A stretch of DNA of 64,000 nucleotides from an uncultured delta proteobacterium (GTDB lineage Bacteria; Desulfobacterota; Syntrophia; Syntrophales; UBA8958), in the NCBI GenBank assembly GCA_903885795.1, contig CAISJV010000007.1:2365-66364 (forward strand), read 5' to 3'. The position numbers and the translations under genes were made by a program. The notes below the pieces were generated by a model. The model searched no databases, had not been told where the DNA came from, and saw nothing but the letters and a program-made list of their open reading frames with translations. Shown here piece after piece: positions 9,417-19,668 of the stretch (the first letter of the stretch is position 1; each line of letters begins with the position of its first letter).

Positions 9417-11429
9417 TCATTTTCCTTTGCCCAGCAGAGCCCTTCTAGCCTCATCCGGACTTTCATAGATGTATGGAGCAAGATCGCGTTTCTCCAGTTC
9501 TTCTCCGAGTTTCATCCTCAAGAACGCGCTGGTCGTGTAACGGGTTATCCCCTCGTAGAACTGCATGACATACTTGACCATATCGGAGTACTCATCCACC
9601 AGCTCCGGCAAAATGTTAAAGTTGTCGTAGTTGACGATCGTGTACACCTTCCTCCTAAGCGGGGAGAGGAGCGCTTCGACTAACGCCTTGATCTTCTGAA
9701 TTTCCTCATGGGACCGGATATACATGTTCTCGAAATTGACAAAGAAAATGTTCTCCTCCGGACTGTAGATCAGTCGCTCTTCCAAGGGTATGGTGAGCAG
9801 TTCATTTTTAAGACCCATGGATTCAGTTTTAAAGATCCTGGCATCCATCAACTGCGGAGCGCCCTTCATGATAGGTTTGAAGTCCATATGGGCCAGGATG
9901 TCTTTTTCCAAATCCATCCCCGGAGCAATCTCGACCAGTTCCAATCCCGCTTCTGTCAAAATAAAGACACAACGCTCCGTGATATAAAAGACAGGCCTTT
10001 TATTCATCGCAGCATAGTGCCCGCTGAATGTCTTCTGTTCGACCTGCTTGATAAATTTTCGTTCCCTTCCCTCCTGATCAATGCGCAACTTTCCGTCCGT
10101 TATGGACACCTTCAGCCCCCCTGCCGTGAATGTCCCCACGAAGACCACTTTTTTGGCATTCTGGCTGATATTGATAAATCCACCAGGGCCGACAAACCGC
10201 GGGCCAAACTTACTGACATTGACGTTGCCTTCCTCATCCATCTCTGCAGCGCCAAGAAAGGCCACATCCAGTCCGCCTCCATCATAGAAATCGAACATAT
10301 AGGGTTGATCGATCAGGCACTCCATATTGGTGGCCGTCCCGAAGTTCAAACCGCCATTGGGCATTCCTCCGATTGTGCCGGGCTCCGTCGTCAGGGTCAG
10401 ATATTCGATGATCTTCTCTTCATTGGCCACACTGGCCACACCTTCCGGCATACCAATGCCGAGATTGACAACGCTGTTCGGGCTGAGTTCAAAGGCCGCC
10501 CGGCGGGCGATGATCTTTCGCGGCCCCAGTTCCATCGGTGGAATAGACTGCATGGGGATTTTTACTTCGCCGCTGAATGACGGATTGTAGAAATCAACAA
10601 ATGTCTGCCAGTGATTTTCTTTTTTTGCCACGACAATGCAGTCAACAAGGATGCCGGGGATCTTCACGTCACGGCAATTCAATGTCCCTCGTTCTGCTAT
10701 CCTCTCTACCTGTACGATCACGAACCCACCGGAATTCTTTGCGGCCATGGCCATGGACAATGATTCCAGCGTCAAGGGCTCTTTCTCCATAGAGATATTG
10801 CCGTCCGTATCTGCCGTCGTTCCCCTGATAATGGCCACATTGATCGGAAATGCCTTGTAAAAAAGATATTCTTGGCCATCCAGGTGAATCAATTCGACGA
10901 TGTCCTTCCCTTCCTTAAATGTTTTTTCGTTCAGTTTTCCACCATCGATCCGGGGATCTATAAAGGTGCCCAGGCCGACGCGAGTAATGGTTCCCGGCTT
11001 ATTAGCGGCAATATCTCTAAACAGGTGAGCGACAACCCCCTGCGGCATATTGTAGCCAAAAATGAGATTCTCCCGGATCAGGCGCTGGAGTTTTGGCGCC
11101 AGACCGATGTGTCCACCTATGACCTTGCCGATTAGGCCTTCATGTCCAAGTTGATTTAAGCCTCTCTCCTTCCCGTCTCCCTGACCGGCAGCGTAGACAA
11201 GGGTCAGATTGCGCGGCGATCCCGTCTCCTGGAAATATCTCGACAAAGTCAGGGCGATTTCCTCAGCAAAACACGCGCCGACAAAGCCATCCGTTGCAAT
11301 TGTATCTCCGTCACGAATAATCCGCACCGCCTCTTCAGCCGTTACGATCTTCCCTTTCTTTAATCTCGGGGCTGGCATGGAGGAGAGCATCGGGTGGACG
11401 AATTTCTTATCATTATTAAAATCTTCCAT
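9417..11429 (-). CDS. propionate/acetate CoA-transferase family enzyme (Pct/YdiF type, fused subunits)
   Basis: Strong resemblance to Pct-type enzymes as I remember them: DGDTIATDGFVG, LTLVYAAGQGDG, HLFRDIA..KPG, GLGTFIDPR, YDGGGLD, GPGGFINI, YITERCVF. ATG at 11429 has an AAGGAG SD (the track start at 11450 is GTG). Confidence 0.85.
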   Translation of the reverse strand: MEDFNNDKKFVHPMLSSMPAPRLKKGKIVTAEEAVRIIRDGDTIATDGFVGACFAEEIALTLSRYFQETGSPRNLTLVYAAGQGDGKERGLNQLGHEGLIGKVIGGHIGLAPKLQRLIRENLIFGYNMPQGVVAHLFRDIAANKPGTITRVGLGTFIDPRIDGGKLNEKTFKEGKDIVELIHLDGQEYLFYKAFPINVAIIRGTTADTDGNISMEKEPLTLESLSMAMAAKNSGGFVIVQVERIAERGTLNCRDVKIPGILVDCIVVAKKENHWQTFVDFYNPSFSGEVKIPMQSIPPMELGPRKIIARRAAFELSPNSVVNLGIGMPEGVASVANEEKIIEYLTLTTEPGTIGGMPNGGLNFGTATNMECLIDQPYMFDFYDGGGLDVAFLGAAEMDEEGNVNVSKFGPRFVGPGGFINISQNAKKVVFVGTFTAGGLKVSITDGKLRIDQEGRERKFIKQVEQKTFSGHYAAMNKRPVFYITERCVFILTEAGLELVEIAPGMDLEKDILAHMDFKPIMKGAPQLMDARIFKTESMGLKNELLTIPLEERLIYSPEENIFFVNFENMYIRSHEEIQKIKALVEALLSPLRRKVYTIVNYDNFNILPELVDEYSDMVKYVMQFYEGITRYTTSAFLRMKLGEELEKRDLAPYIYESPDEARRALLGKGK

Positions 11430-11509
11430 TGGCAAACTCCTTCGTGTCACGGTGTCATTTGTTCAAATATGAACATCCTTATGAGAATCACTTTCTTGCC
11501 TGACAATCT

Positions 11510-11722
11510 TCACGCTACTTGCACCTTGTAGCCCATGTCTTCAACGGCGCATGTCAGATCATCCTGGCACAGATTGGGGTTATCATGCTGAATAGCAATT
11601 CGTTTTGTTTGCAAATCAACATTAACGTCTTTGACACCATCTATAGATTTCAATTTTTTTGTAATCGCAGCCTCGCAGGATTTACATTCCATGTTTGGTA
11701 TCGTGAATTCAATCTTGTCCAT
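11510..11722 (-). CDS. heavy-metal-associated (HMA) domain protein, CopZ-like
   Basis: 70 aa, MECKSC metal-binding motif in the first loop, ferredoxin-like size, GAGGAG SD. Confidence 0.8.
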   Translation of the reverse strand: MDKIEFTIPNMECKSCEAAITKKLKSIDGVKDVNVDLQTKRIAIQHDNPNLCQDDLTCAVEDMGYKVQVA

Positions 11723-11846
11723 AATCGAATCTCCTCTTATTGATTACCTTCCTCACAAAAATGATGAGGCGTTTATTTTGGCTTGATGCGCCAACAGATG
11801 GCCCTTTCGCCATGACCATTACAGAGCTTACTCGTCTGTTTTTGGT

Positions 11847-11879
11847 CGGGTTCCCATATCCGGCGGATATGGGAACCCG
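11847..11879. repeat. perfect 15-bp inverted repeat with 3-nt spacer
   Basis: CGGGTTCCCATATCC ggc GGATATGGGAACCCG, about 85 nt downstream of the permease stop. No U-tract on the minus-strand transcript. Confidence 0.6.
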
Positions 11880-11964
11880 TGATTGACCAGTTCAAAAAGC
11901 TCTATCGTGATGATAACTGACAATGGTTCTGGCGATTCGCCCTTTTCCTTATTGGATCACTTTT

Positions 11965-13365
11965 TCAGTAGACACCTGTAAGCAGATAGAAGGCGATTAC
12001 CACAAAGACCATCGCTGTCTTGATGATCGTCATGGCAAAGATGTCTATATAGGATGTTTTATGGGTCAGCCCGCACACAGCCAGAAGCGTAATGACAGCG
12101 CCATTGTGGGGAAGAGTATCACAACCCCCCGAAGCCATCGAGGCGACCCTGTGAAGAATCTCCGGCGACATCCCGATGGAATTGGCCCAAGCCAGCCAGT
12201 CCTTAGCCATGAGATCCAGGGCAATGGACATACCACCCGAAGCAGAGCCGGTAATTCCGGCAAGCGTGGTCACTGATACCGCTTCCGAAACAAGAGGTGT
12301 GCCACCAAGCTTGATTCCGAGAAGGAATTGAGCAATGGATTTGAACCCAGGCAGGGCAGCAATAACGTTTCCATAGCCCACTTCAGAGGCTGTATTCATA
12401 ATGGCCAGCAGCGAGCCAATGGCACCTACATTCAAGGCCTTCTGTAAACCGCCACCTTTGGGTATATTCTTGAAACCAAGGGCCAAGGCGAAAACGATGC
12501 CGAAGACCAGGGCAATTACCAGCGACCACACGCCGATGACGTTTTTCACCGCCGGGGCCATGAGCGGAAGTTTCAGGCCGGCCAAGGGCAACAGGATGTT
12601 GGGATCCCAAGTGTAGACCCGGGACAAGTAGAAATTGATGGCCAAGACCAGAGCCAATGGCAAAATGCCGATGAACCACTTGGGCAAAACGGCAGTTTCA
12701 TCGATCACAGGTTCATTTAGTGTGTGATCTCCATAGCCCTCGTTCGCGGCAGCCGCTTTTTTACGACGCCACTCCAGATAAAGCATTCCTATGATAAAAA
12801 TCAACACGCCGCCAAAAATGCCGGCAATCGGCGCCGCATAACCTGTTGTACCATAAAAATTCGTCGGGATGATGTTCTGGATTTGCGGAGTCCCGGGAAA
12901 GGCATCCATGGTGAAGGTAAAAGACCCCAGGGCTATCGCGCCGGGAACCAATCGTTTGGGAATATTTGCTTCTTTAAAAAGTGAAGCTGCAAAGGGATAT
13001 ACGGCAAAAACAACGACGAAAAGACTCACGCCACCGTAGGTAAGGATCGCACAGGACAACACAACGGCAAGGATGGCACGCTTATAACCTAATTTTTCCA
13101 TAATGGCGTGGGATATCCCCTTGGCCAGCAGGGTGTCTTCCATAACTTTTCCAAAAACGGCGCCTAACATGAATACGGGGAAAAACGCTTTAATATAGAC
13201 AACCGCTTTTGCCATGTAAAGTTCGGAATACGACGGCATGATGGGCAGACCCTGAAGGGCTGCTGCGAGCAAGGCGAATACGGGGGCGAACAGAATAACG
13301 GAAAAACCCATATATGCCATGTACATCAGAAGAAACAAGCTTAGCAGAATCCCCAATACTTCCAT
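11965..13365 (-). CDS. GntP-family organic-acid permease
   Basis: 466 aa, polytopic, with a central cytoplasmic loop (EWRRKKAAAANEGY). N- and C-terminal halves typical of GntP/DsdX-type carriers. AAGGAGGG SD. Confidence 0.75.
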   Translation of the reverse strand: MEVLGILLSLFLLMYMAYMGFSVILFAPVFALLAAALQGLPIMPSYSELYMAKAVVYIKAFFPVFMLGAVFGKVMEDTLLAKGISHAIMEKLGYKRAILAVVLSCAILTYGGVSLFVVVFAVYPFAASLFKEANIPKRLVPGAIALGSFTFTMDAFPGTPQIQNIIPTNFYGTTGYAAPIAGIFGGVLIFIIGMLYLEWRRKKAAAANEGYGDHTLNEPVIDETAVLPKWFIGILPLALVLAINFYLSRVYTWDPNILLPLAGLKLPLMAPAVKNVIGVWSLVIALVFGIVFALALGFKNIPKGGGLQKALNVGAIGSLLAIMNTASEVGYGNVIAALPGFKSIAQFLLGIKLGGTPLVSEAVSVTTLAGITGSASGGMSIALDLMAKDWLAWANSIGMSPEILHRVASMASGGCDTLPHNGAVITLLAVCGLTHKTSYIDIFAMTIIKTAMVFVVIAFYLLTGVY

Positions 13366-13503
13366 AATAACCCTCCTTATTCTTATTTAAAGATAAATTG
13401 ATATTACAGAATCACTCCGGACAGATTGAGCTGGCAACACACCTCCTTTCCGAAAAAGTCAGAACAAACATTCAAAATGGATGAAAGCGTGATTTAAAAG
13501 ACA

Positions 13504-13518
13504 GCAAATACCATACCA
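13504..13518 (-). promoter_or_regulatory. candidate sigma-54 (-24/-12) promoter
   Basis: The minus strand reads TGGTATGGTATTTGC(T), against the consensus TGGCAC-N5-TTGC(A/T). It lies about 140 nt upstream of the permease ATG and directly downstream of a sigma-54 activator gene. Confidence 0.55.
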
Positions 13519-13674
13519 GAGGGACGACGGCGCAATTCAGCTCATATGGTTATGTATTTACAGGTTATTTTATTTTGCAGGTAGCTTTATCAATACCATG
13601 ATAGTGTAGACAAGAAACGGCGGCAACGGCCATATGCCAAGATATAATCAATTATATTATAGGCATACAAATGT

Positions 13675-13710
13675 TGTAGACGATAAGATACATGTAGACG
13701 ATAAGATACA
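13675..13710. repeat. perfect tandem direct repeat, 2 x 18 bp (TGTAGACGATAAGATACA)
   Basis: 13675-13692 is identical to 13693-13710. A related TGTAGACAAG lies upstream near 13606. It sits 160-200 nt upstream of the candidate sigma-54 promoter. Confidence 0.9.
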
Positions 13711-13715
13711 GAAGA

Positions 13716-15116
13716 CTATGCTGCGGTAAGTGGCAGGTTGAATTTTTTCATTTTTTTGTAGAGGGCCGTCCTATGGATGCCTAAAATACCGGCTGCTTTA
13801 TTTTTGTTGTTGTTGGCCAAGCGTATGGCGCGTATCAGGGCGTCTTTTTCCGAATAATCGCGAAGGCCTTTAAGGCTTGATGATGTTTCCTGGACCTGCT
13901 CGGACTTCATGCTACGGAAAAAGATAGGCAGATGTTCAACCTTAATCGTATCGTCCAAAACGTCCATGGAATATAGAATCCGCTCCAGAATATTCGACAA
14001 TTCGCGGATATTTCCTGGCCAGTCGTAGTTTTCAAATATCTCGAGGACACCCGGCGAAATTCTACGGACGCTTATCCCGAAATCTTTACTGATCATCTGC
14101 ACAAAATGTTCGGCAATGAGGGCAATGTCTTCTTTTCTTTCCTTTAGGGAGGGCATGTGGAGCGGGATGACATTCAGCCTGTAGTAGAGATCCTTACGAA
14201 ATAGACCGTGGGCCACACATTTTTCGAGATTTTCATGGGTGGCGGCAATCAGCCGAAAATCGCATTTGACGACTCTCGTTCCCCCAAGACGTTCCACCTC
14301 CTTTTCTTCCAGAACCCGCAGCAGCTTGGGCTGCATGTCCAATGGAAGCTCGCTGATCTCATCTAAAAAAATCGTGCCTTGATGGGCCAGTTCAAATTTG
14401 CCGGGCTTCCCTTTGCTGCTCGCCCCCGTAAAAGCCCCGGGTTCGTAACCGAAGAGCTCTGCCTCCAGAAGATCTTTGGGAATGGCCGCGCAATTCAGAC
14501 GAATAAAGGAACACAACCGCCGATCGCTGGCACGATGGATGGCATGGGCAAAAAGCTCTTTGCCCGTACCACTTTCCCCCGTTAAAAGGATCGGGGCATT
14601 GACTTTAGCAGCTTTGACGGCCAATTCGCGAAGATCGACCATAATGCGGCTTTTTCCAATGATATTTTTGCAACTGTATTTCGATGATCGGAGATCGACC
14701 AATTCTTTTTCATAAAGCTTTACTTTTGATTCCAGAAGATTGAGTTTATTAGCCAGGGCATGCAGATCCTTGACATCTTCAAACATGACCTGACCAAAAA
14801 CTGCCGATATTTTCCCATCAATAAATATCGGTATCCTCTGGACGATCATGTCCTGGCCCATGATCCGATGAGGGTGATTTATCTCGGCGACCCCCGTTTC
14901 AGCCACAACATGCATGCGCGAATTTTCTATTACTTCCGTTGTGTGCTTACCGATCTGTATTTTAGGGTCCATATTGAGAAAACGACCATAGGCTTCGCTG
15001 AAGAACACAACATAGCCTTCCAGATCCGTAATCAAGGTTCCACTAGAGATATTATTTAATACGGCCTCATACAACCTTACTTTTTGCTTAAGCCGCTCAA
15101 TATCCAATGCTTTCAT
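13716..15116 (-). CDS. sigma-54-dependent transcriptional activator (PAS sensor, AAA+ domain, Fis-type HTH)
   Basis: GESGTGKE Walker A, the GAFTGA motif, ELFGYE, and a C-terminal AAGILGIHRTALYKKMKKF HTH; N-terminal PAS-like domain. ATG at 15116 has an AGGTGAGG SD. Confidence 0.9.
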   Translation of the reverse strand: MKALDIERLKQKVRLYEAVLNNISSGTLITDLEGYVVFFSEAYGRFLNMDPKIQIGKHTTEVIENSRMHVVAETGVAEINHPHRIMGQDMIVQRIPIFIDGKISAVFGQVMFEDVKDLHALANKLNLLESKVKLYEKELVDLRSSKYSCKNIIGKSRIMVDLRELAVKAAKVNAPILLTGESGTGKELFAHAIHRASDRRLCSFIRLNCAAIPKDLLEAELFGYEPGAFTGASSKGKPGKFELAHQGTIFLDEISELPLDMQPKLLRVLEEKEVERLGGTRVVKCDFRLIAATHENLEKCVAHGLFRKDLYYRLNVIPLHMPSLKERKEDIALIAEHFVQMISKDFGISVRRISPGVLEIFENYDWPGNIRELSNILERILYSMDVLDDTIKVEHLPIFFRSMKSEQVQETSSSLKGLRDYSEKDALIRAIRLANNNKNKAAGILGIHRTALYKKMKKFNLPLTAA

Positions 15117-15387
15117 CGCCTCACCTTTGATTTTGACAAGAACCCCCTCATATATGACTCTAAGCGTACTATGGGCGATCTTGTTAGTCAATGGAATAAT
15201 GATAGCTGTCAAGAGCACGGTGGATATTTGGCTGGCGGTCGTCCTTTTGAGAAAATGGTAAGCTTTTTGACCTCAACAGATAATCCAAGTATACTTTCCT
15301 AAGGATCTTGCCTATAGAAAGACCAATAAATCACTTGAAGAGATATATTATCGGAGTCAACGATAAAGCCAAAGAAGGAATCTGATC

Positions 15388-15579
15388 ATGAAACCCGCGA
15401 CTAAGATTGTCTTTCTCCTTCTGATCGTCATATCCATAGCTCAGCTGCTGAGACCTATGTTTCAGGTTGAGATAATTGCGGCAGGATTTCATATTCCCTT
15501 CTGGATGAGCATCTTCGGGTTTATTGTTCCACTTGTGCTGGCCATACTGCTGCGGCGGGAGAACATTAATGACAATTAA
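15388..15579 (+). CDS. small membrane protein
   Basis: 63 aa, two hydrophobic helices, GAAGGA SD; overlaps the next gene by 11 nt. Confidence 0.45.
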   Translation: MKPATKIVFLLLIVISIAQLLRPMFQVEIIAAGFHIPFWMSIFGFIVPLVLAILLRRENINDN

Positions 15580-16483
15580 ACGTATATCCGAAAACCTCTA
15601 TCTCATTCCCCTGAATCTACCCAGAGAAGGATTTCATCATTTCATCTGTGCCTGGGTTTATTCCTATGACGATGACGTGATCCTCGTAGATCCCGGCCCC
15701 CGTTCTACAATTCCAGTCCTTTTAAAAGCCTTGGAAGAAATGAAGGTAGGACATATCGATTATATCCTTCTAACCCACATTCACCTGGATCATGCAGGAG
15801 GACTGGGTTTGCTCTTAAGGCACTATCCAGAGGCAAAAACAATTTGTCACCGAAAAGGTATTTCACACCTGGTGGAACCGGCAAAGCTATGGGAAGCATC
15901 GAAGAAGGTTCTGGGAGATATTGCCGACCTTTATGGAGAACTTGACCCTGTTCCTGAAGCCGATCTTGATTTCAGGAGCAATATTCTGGCTGGCAACATC
16001 ACCATAACTGTTTATGAAACACTGGGACATGCACCACATCATCTCTCATACAAAATCGGAGACATACTCTTTGCAGGTGAAGCTTTGGGAATATTTTATC
16101 CGATGGGGAAAGATACTTATCTACGTATCGCCTCTCCACCGGGTTTTGATATCCGTGATTATAAAAAATCGCTTGGCATCCTCAAGAATCTTAATATTGC
16201 TTCCTTGTGTTTTGGCCATTACGGGATATCATATGAGATAGAAAAAATCTTCGATCTGGCATCTGCCCAGACAGAGTTATGGTCAAAGGTGATCGGTCAA
16301 TATAGTTATTTAGAAAGCCCCGTGTTCGAAGAGAAGGTGCTGGATGCGTTGCTACCTGTTGATCCCGGATTATCCTGTTTTCATCAATTACCTGATGACA
16401 TCAAAAAGAGGGAGATCTACTTTCTATGCAATAGCTTCAAGGGATTCAAGGTTGCCATAGAAAGAGAAGAAAATTTGTTATGA
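15569..16483 (+). CDS. MBL-fold metallo-hydrolase
   Basis: THIHLDHAGG (HxHxDH) plus a downstream GHAPHH. Start taken at the internal ATG (MTIKRISENLY). Confidence 0.85.
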   Translation: MTIKRISENLYLIPLNLPREGFHHFICAWVYSYDDDVILVDPGPRSTIPVLLKALEEMKVGHIDYILLTHIHLDHAGGLGLLLRHYPEAKTICHRKGISHLVEPAKLWEASKKVLGDIADLYGELDPVPEADLDFRSNILAGNITITVYETLGHAPHHLSYKIGDILFAGEALGIFYPMGKDTYLRIASPPGFDIRDYKKSLGILKNLNIASLCFGHYGISYEIEKIFDLASAQTELWSKVIGQYSYLESPVFEEKVLDALLPVDPGLSCFHQLPDDIKKREIYFLCNSFKGFKVAIEREENLL

Positions 16484-16755
16484 CTCCAGTAGAAATGCAG
16501 GAAAAAGCGCTGCAGATCTTCATAATCCGACAAAAAGGTCCCGGAAAAAAGCATTCCCGCAAAATCTCGCTTTCAATAAAATTAATGGACGTTGACAAGG
16601 TGCAAGTATGTTAGGGACAAATTCAACAGATTGTTAAATCAAAAGCACACATGAATCTGCTGAAGAGGCAATTTTTCCATTGACTTCACGATATATATCC
16701 TTTAAATACAAGCCGTTTCATAGTCTTATCGTCTTTAGTTTTGAGGAATTGCTCT

Positions 16756-17463
16756 ATGGTGCGCTCGGTTTTTCTGGTAACCGCAAGTGTTATAATTACA
16801 GTCTTTTTCTCCACCTGTTGCGTCATTTTCTCAGTAATGGGGGCGTCGGAAAATTCCATCCACAAGGTCGCCCGGATCTGGGCGACGATCCTCCTGAAAA
16901 TAACCAATGTCCAGGTTAGTGTCCAAGGAACGGAACATGTCTCCACGGAACGACCTCAGATCTTCATGTCCAATCATCAAGGCGATTTTGACATTCTAAT
17001 CGTCCTGGCTTACTTGCCCGGCCAATTCCGCTGGCTTGCCAAGAAGGAACTTTTCCGGATACCGGTGTTCGGCAAGGCAATGAAAAACGCCGGTTATATT
17101 GAAATTGACCGGCAGAATCACGAGCGGGCCATGCAGAATCTCGCGGAGGCAGCGCGAAAGATCCGGGAAGGTAAATCGGTCATGAGCTTTCCCGAAGGCA
17201 CCCGGAGCAAGGACGGAACCATCAAGGATTTTAAAAAGGGGATGTTTCACCTGGCCTTAGAGGCCGGAGTACCCATCGTTCCCATCACCATCATCGGGGC
17301 TTCCGAGATCATGCCCAAACGTTCCCTGAAGATCAATCCCGGTAAAATTACTATGATAATCGATCGACAGATTGATGTCACGGCTTATTCGGAAGATTCC
17401 CGTCCGGAACTGATTGAACGGGTCCGAAGTGTAATCATCAATAATTTTCACTCATGGCGGTAA
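16756..17463 (+). CDS. plsC: 1-acyl-sn-glycerol-3-phosphate acyltransferase
   Basis: NHQGDFD (HX4D) and FPEGTRS motifs, N-terminal membrane anchor. First ATG at 16756. Confidence 0.85.
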   Translation: MVRSVFLVTASVIITVFFSTCCVIFSVMGASENSIHKVARIWATILLKITNVQVSVQGTEHVSTERPQIFMSNHQGDFDILIVLAYLPGQFRWLAKKELFRIPVFGKAMKNAGYIEIDRQNHERAMQNLAEAARKIREGKSVMSFPEGTRSKDGTIKDFKKGMFHLALEAGVPIVPITIIGASEIMPKRSLKINPGKITMIIDRQIDVTAYSEDSRPELIERVRSVIINNFHSWR

Positions 17464-19637
17464 CCACTGCTCCAATGACAGAAAAGCCGACGACCGGCAA
17501 AAGAAGAGCTGAAATTATCGGCGTTATCTGTTTTGCCGCCGGGCTGTTTCTCGTCCTTTGTCTCGGGTCATATAATCCCCATGACCCTTCCTTTACACGC
17601 TTTCTTCCCGGGGAGGTTAAAGTTCATAACCTCATCGGGACTTTCGGCGCTTACACATCGGACAGTTTGTTCCGGCTCGTAGGGCTAAGCGCCTTTTTTC
17701 TGCCCGTAGTATTCTTTATCTGTTCTTTCAAATCCTTTCTTAATGGCGCCTTCCGCATCACCTTGACTCACCTGGGGGGGGCGCTGCTTTTTCTCCTCTC
17801 CTTTTCGGGTTTGTCCGCTCTCGTCGTTCAGCAGGTTTTCATCTATCAAATAGCCCTCCGGGCCGGCGGTCTCCTTGGCGAGGCAGTGCATTTTTATCTG
17901 ACCTACTATTTCAATCTTGCCGGAACCTCCATTCTGCTTTTACTCATGCTGATTCTCGCCTTCATGCTGATGATCCATCTGTCCCTTGTTTCCCTTGCCC
18001 ACTGGTTTCTCGATCATCTCAAGAGATGCTGGCAAAGGCTGCAATATCTATTTTCCGGTCTCATACGACGACTCAAACCCACAGCCAAACCAACCCATGC
18101 ATCAATAAAGCCCCCCCGGGAGCCGGCGCTGGAAACACCCCACATTGACGAACCGGCCTCGCTTCCTGACAAGGCTCGCCTTCCAAAGGCGAAACAGACC
18201 CATTTTGAATTTTTTCCGGTTCCCGGAACCTTTACCCTGCCGCCGCTGGAGCTTCTTGATGAAGTCGAACGACGGGACACCAGGATGAAGAAGGAAAGCC
18301 TGATCGCGAATGCCGCCATTCTGGAAAAGAAGCTTGCCGATTTCGGCGTCGAGGGAAAGGTTGTGGAGGTCCACCCCGGCCCGATCATCACCCTCTACGA
18401 ACTTGAACCGGCGCCGGGGGTAAAGATCAACAGGATTACCAACTTGTCCGATGATCTTGCCCTGGCCTTAAAGGCGGCCAGCATCCGGATCATCGCCCCG
18501 ATCCCTGGCAAGGCCGTGATCGGCATTGAAATTCCCAACCTCGAGCGGGAAGCTGTTCATCTCCGGGACGTCCTCGATTCGGACAAATTCAGCGAATCCC
18601 GGATCAAACTCCCCATCGCCCTGGGTGTCGACATCATGGGTTCCCCGGTCATCAACGACCTCGCCCGCATGCCCCATCTCCTCATCGCCGGCACCACGGG
18701 TTCGGGAAAGAGCGTCTCTCTTAACGCCATGATCTGCAGCATTCTTTTCAAAGCTTCTCCCGACGAGGTCAAATTCCTGATGATCGACCCCAAGAGGATC
18801 GAACTTTCCGCATATGAAGGCATTCCCCATCTTCTTCACCCTGTCGTTGTCGATCCAAAAAAGGCCGCCCACGTCCTTAAATGGGCAGTGGAAGAAATGG
18901 AGCGACGTTACGTACTCATCAGCGATATCGGCGGGAAAAGTATCGAGGCTTACAACAAGCAGGCGGAAAAGGAAAAAACCCCCCGCATGCCTTATATCGT
19001 TATCATCATCGATGAACTTGCCGATCTCATGCTGGTTGCACCCAGAAATGTCGAGGAATCATTGGCCCGGATCGCCCAGATGGCGAGGGCGGCGGGTATC
19101 CATCTTATTATCGCCACTCAGCGTCCTTCCGTGGATGTCATCACCGGCGTCATTAAGGCCAACTTTCCCACCCGTATCTCCTTTCAGGTCTCTTCCAAGG
19201 TAGATTCGCGAACCATCCTCGATCAACTCGGCGCCGAGGCCCTGCTGGGAGCGGGAGACATGCTGTTCATTCCCCCGGGGACATCCAAATTAACGCGTAT
19301 TCATGGCGCTTTCGTGGCAGATCGCGAAATAAAAAGAGTCGTGGAATTTCTGGAACAGCAGGCCAAACCGGATTACGATGACTCAATCACGGAGCATGAA
19401 ACCTCCCTGGAAAATCCCGAACGGGAAGCAGAAGCATACGATGAAAAGTACGACGAGGCCGTGGAACTGGTCACCGACCTGAAACAGGCTTCCATCTCCC
19501 TTGTTCAGCGCTACATGAAGATTGGATACAACCGGGCGGCAAGGATTATCGAGCGGATGGAGGCGGATGGAATCGTAGGTCCTTCCGACGGCGTCAAACC
19601 CCGCAAGGTCCTGGCAAGAAAGCTTTCCCCGGACTGA
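17454..19637 (+). CDS. ftsK: DNA translocase FtsK
   Basis: N-terminal TM segments, Pro-rich linker, motor domain with GTTGSGKS Walker A and IIIDELADLM Walker B, C-terminal winged-helix gamma domain (LVQRYMKIGYNRAARIIERME). Confidence 0.95.
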   Translation: MAVTTAPMTEKPTTGKRRAEIIGVICFAAGLFLVLCLGSYNPHDPSFTRFLPGEVKVHNLIGTFGAYTSDSLFRLVGLSAFFLPVVFFICSFKSFLNGAFRITLTHLGGALLFLLSFSGLSALVVQQVFIYQIALRAGGLLGEAVHFYLTYYFNLAGTSILLLLMLILAFMLMIHLSLVSLAHWFLDHLKRCWQRLQYLFSGLIRRLKPTAKPTHASIKPPREPALETPHIDEPASLPDKARLPKAKQTHFEFFPVPGTFTLPPLELLDEVERRDTRMKKESLIANAAILEKKLADFGVEGKVVEVHPGPIITLYELEPAPGVKINRITNLSDDLALALKAASIRIIAPIPGKAVIGIEIPNLEREAVHLRDVLDSDKFSESRIKLPIALGVDIMGSPVINDLARMPHLLIAGTTGSGKSVSLNAMICSILFKASPDEVKFLMIDPKRIELSAYEGIPHLLHPVVVDPKKAAHVLKWAVEEMERRYVLISDIGGKSIEAYNKQAEKEKTPRMPYIVIIIDELADLMLVAPRNVEESLARIAQMARAAGIHLIIATQRPSVDVITGVIKANFPTRISFQVSSKVDSRTILDQLGAEALLGAGDMLFIPPGTSKLTRIHGAFVADREIKRVVEFLEQQAKPDYDDSITEHETSLENPEREAEAYDEKYDEAVELVTDLKQASISLVQRYMKIGYNRAARIIERMEADGIVGPSDGVKPRKVLARKLSPD

Positions 19638-19668
19638 GAAATCGGATAACCATTATGAACAAACATCC

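Noticed and set aside
9708-10580. 290-aa plus-strand ORF
   Set aside because: Antisense to the Pct-type CoA-transferase, whose identity is strongly supported.
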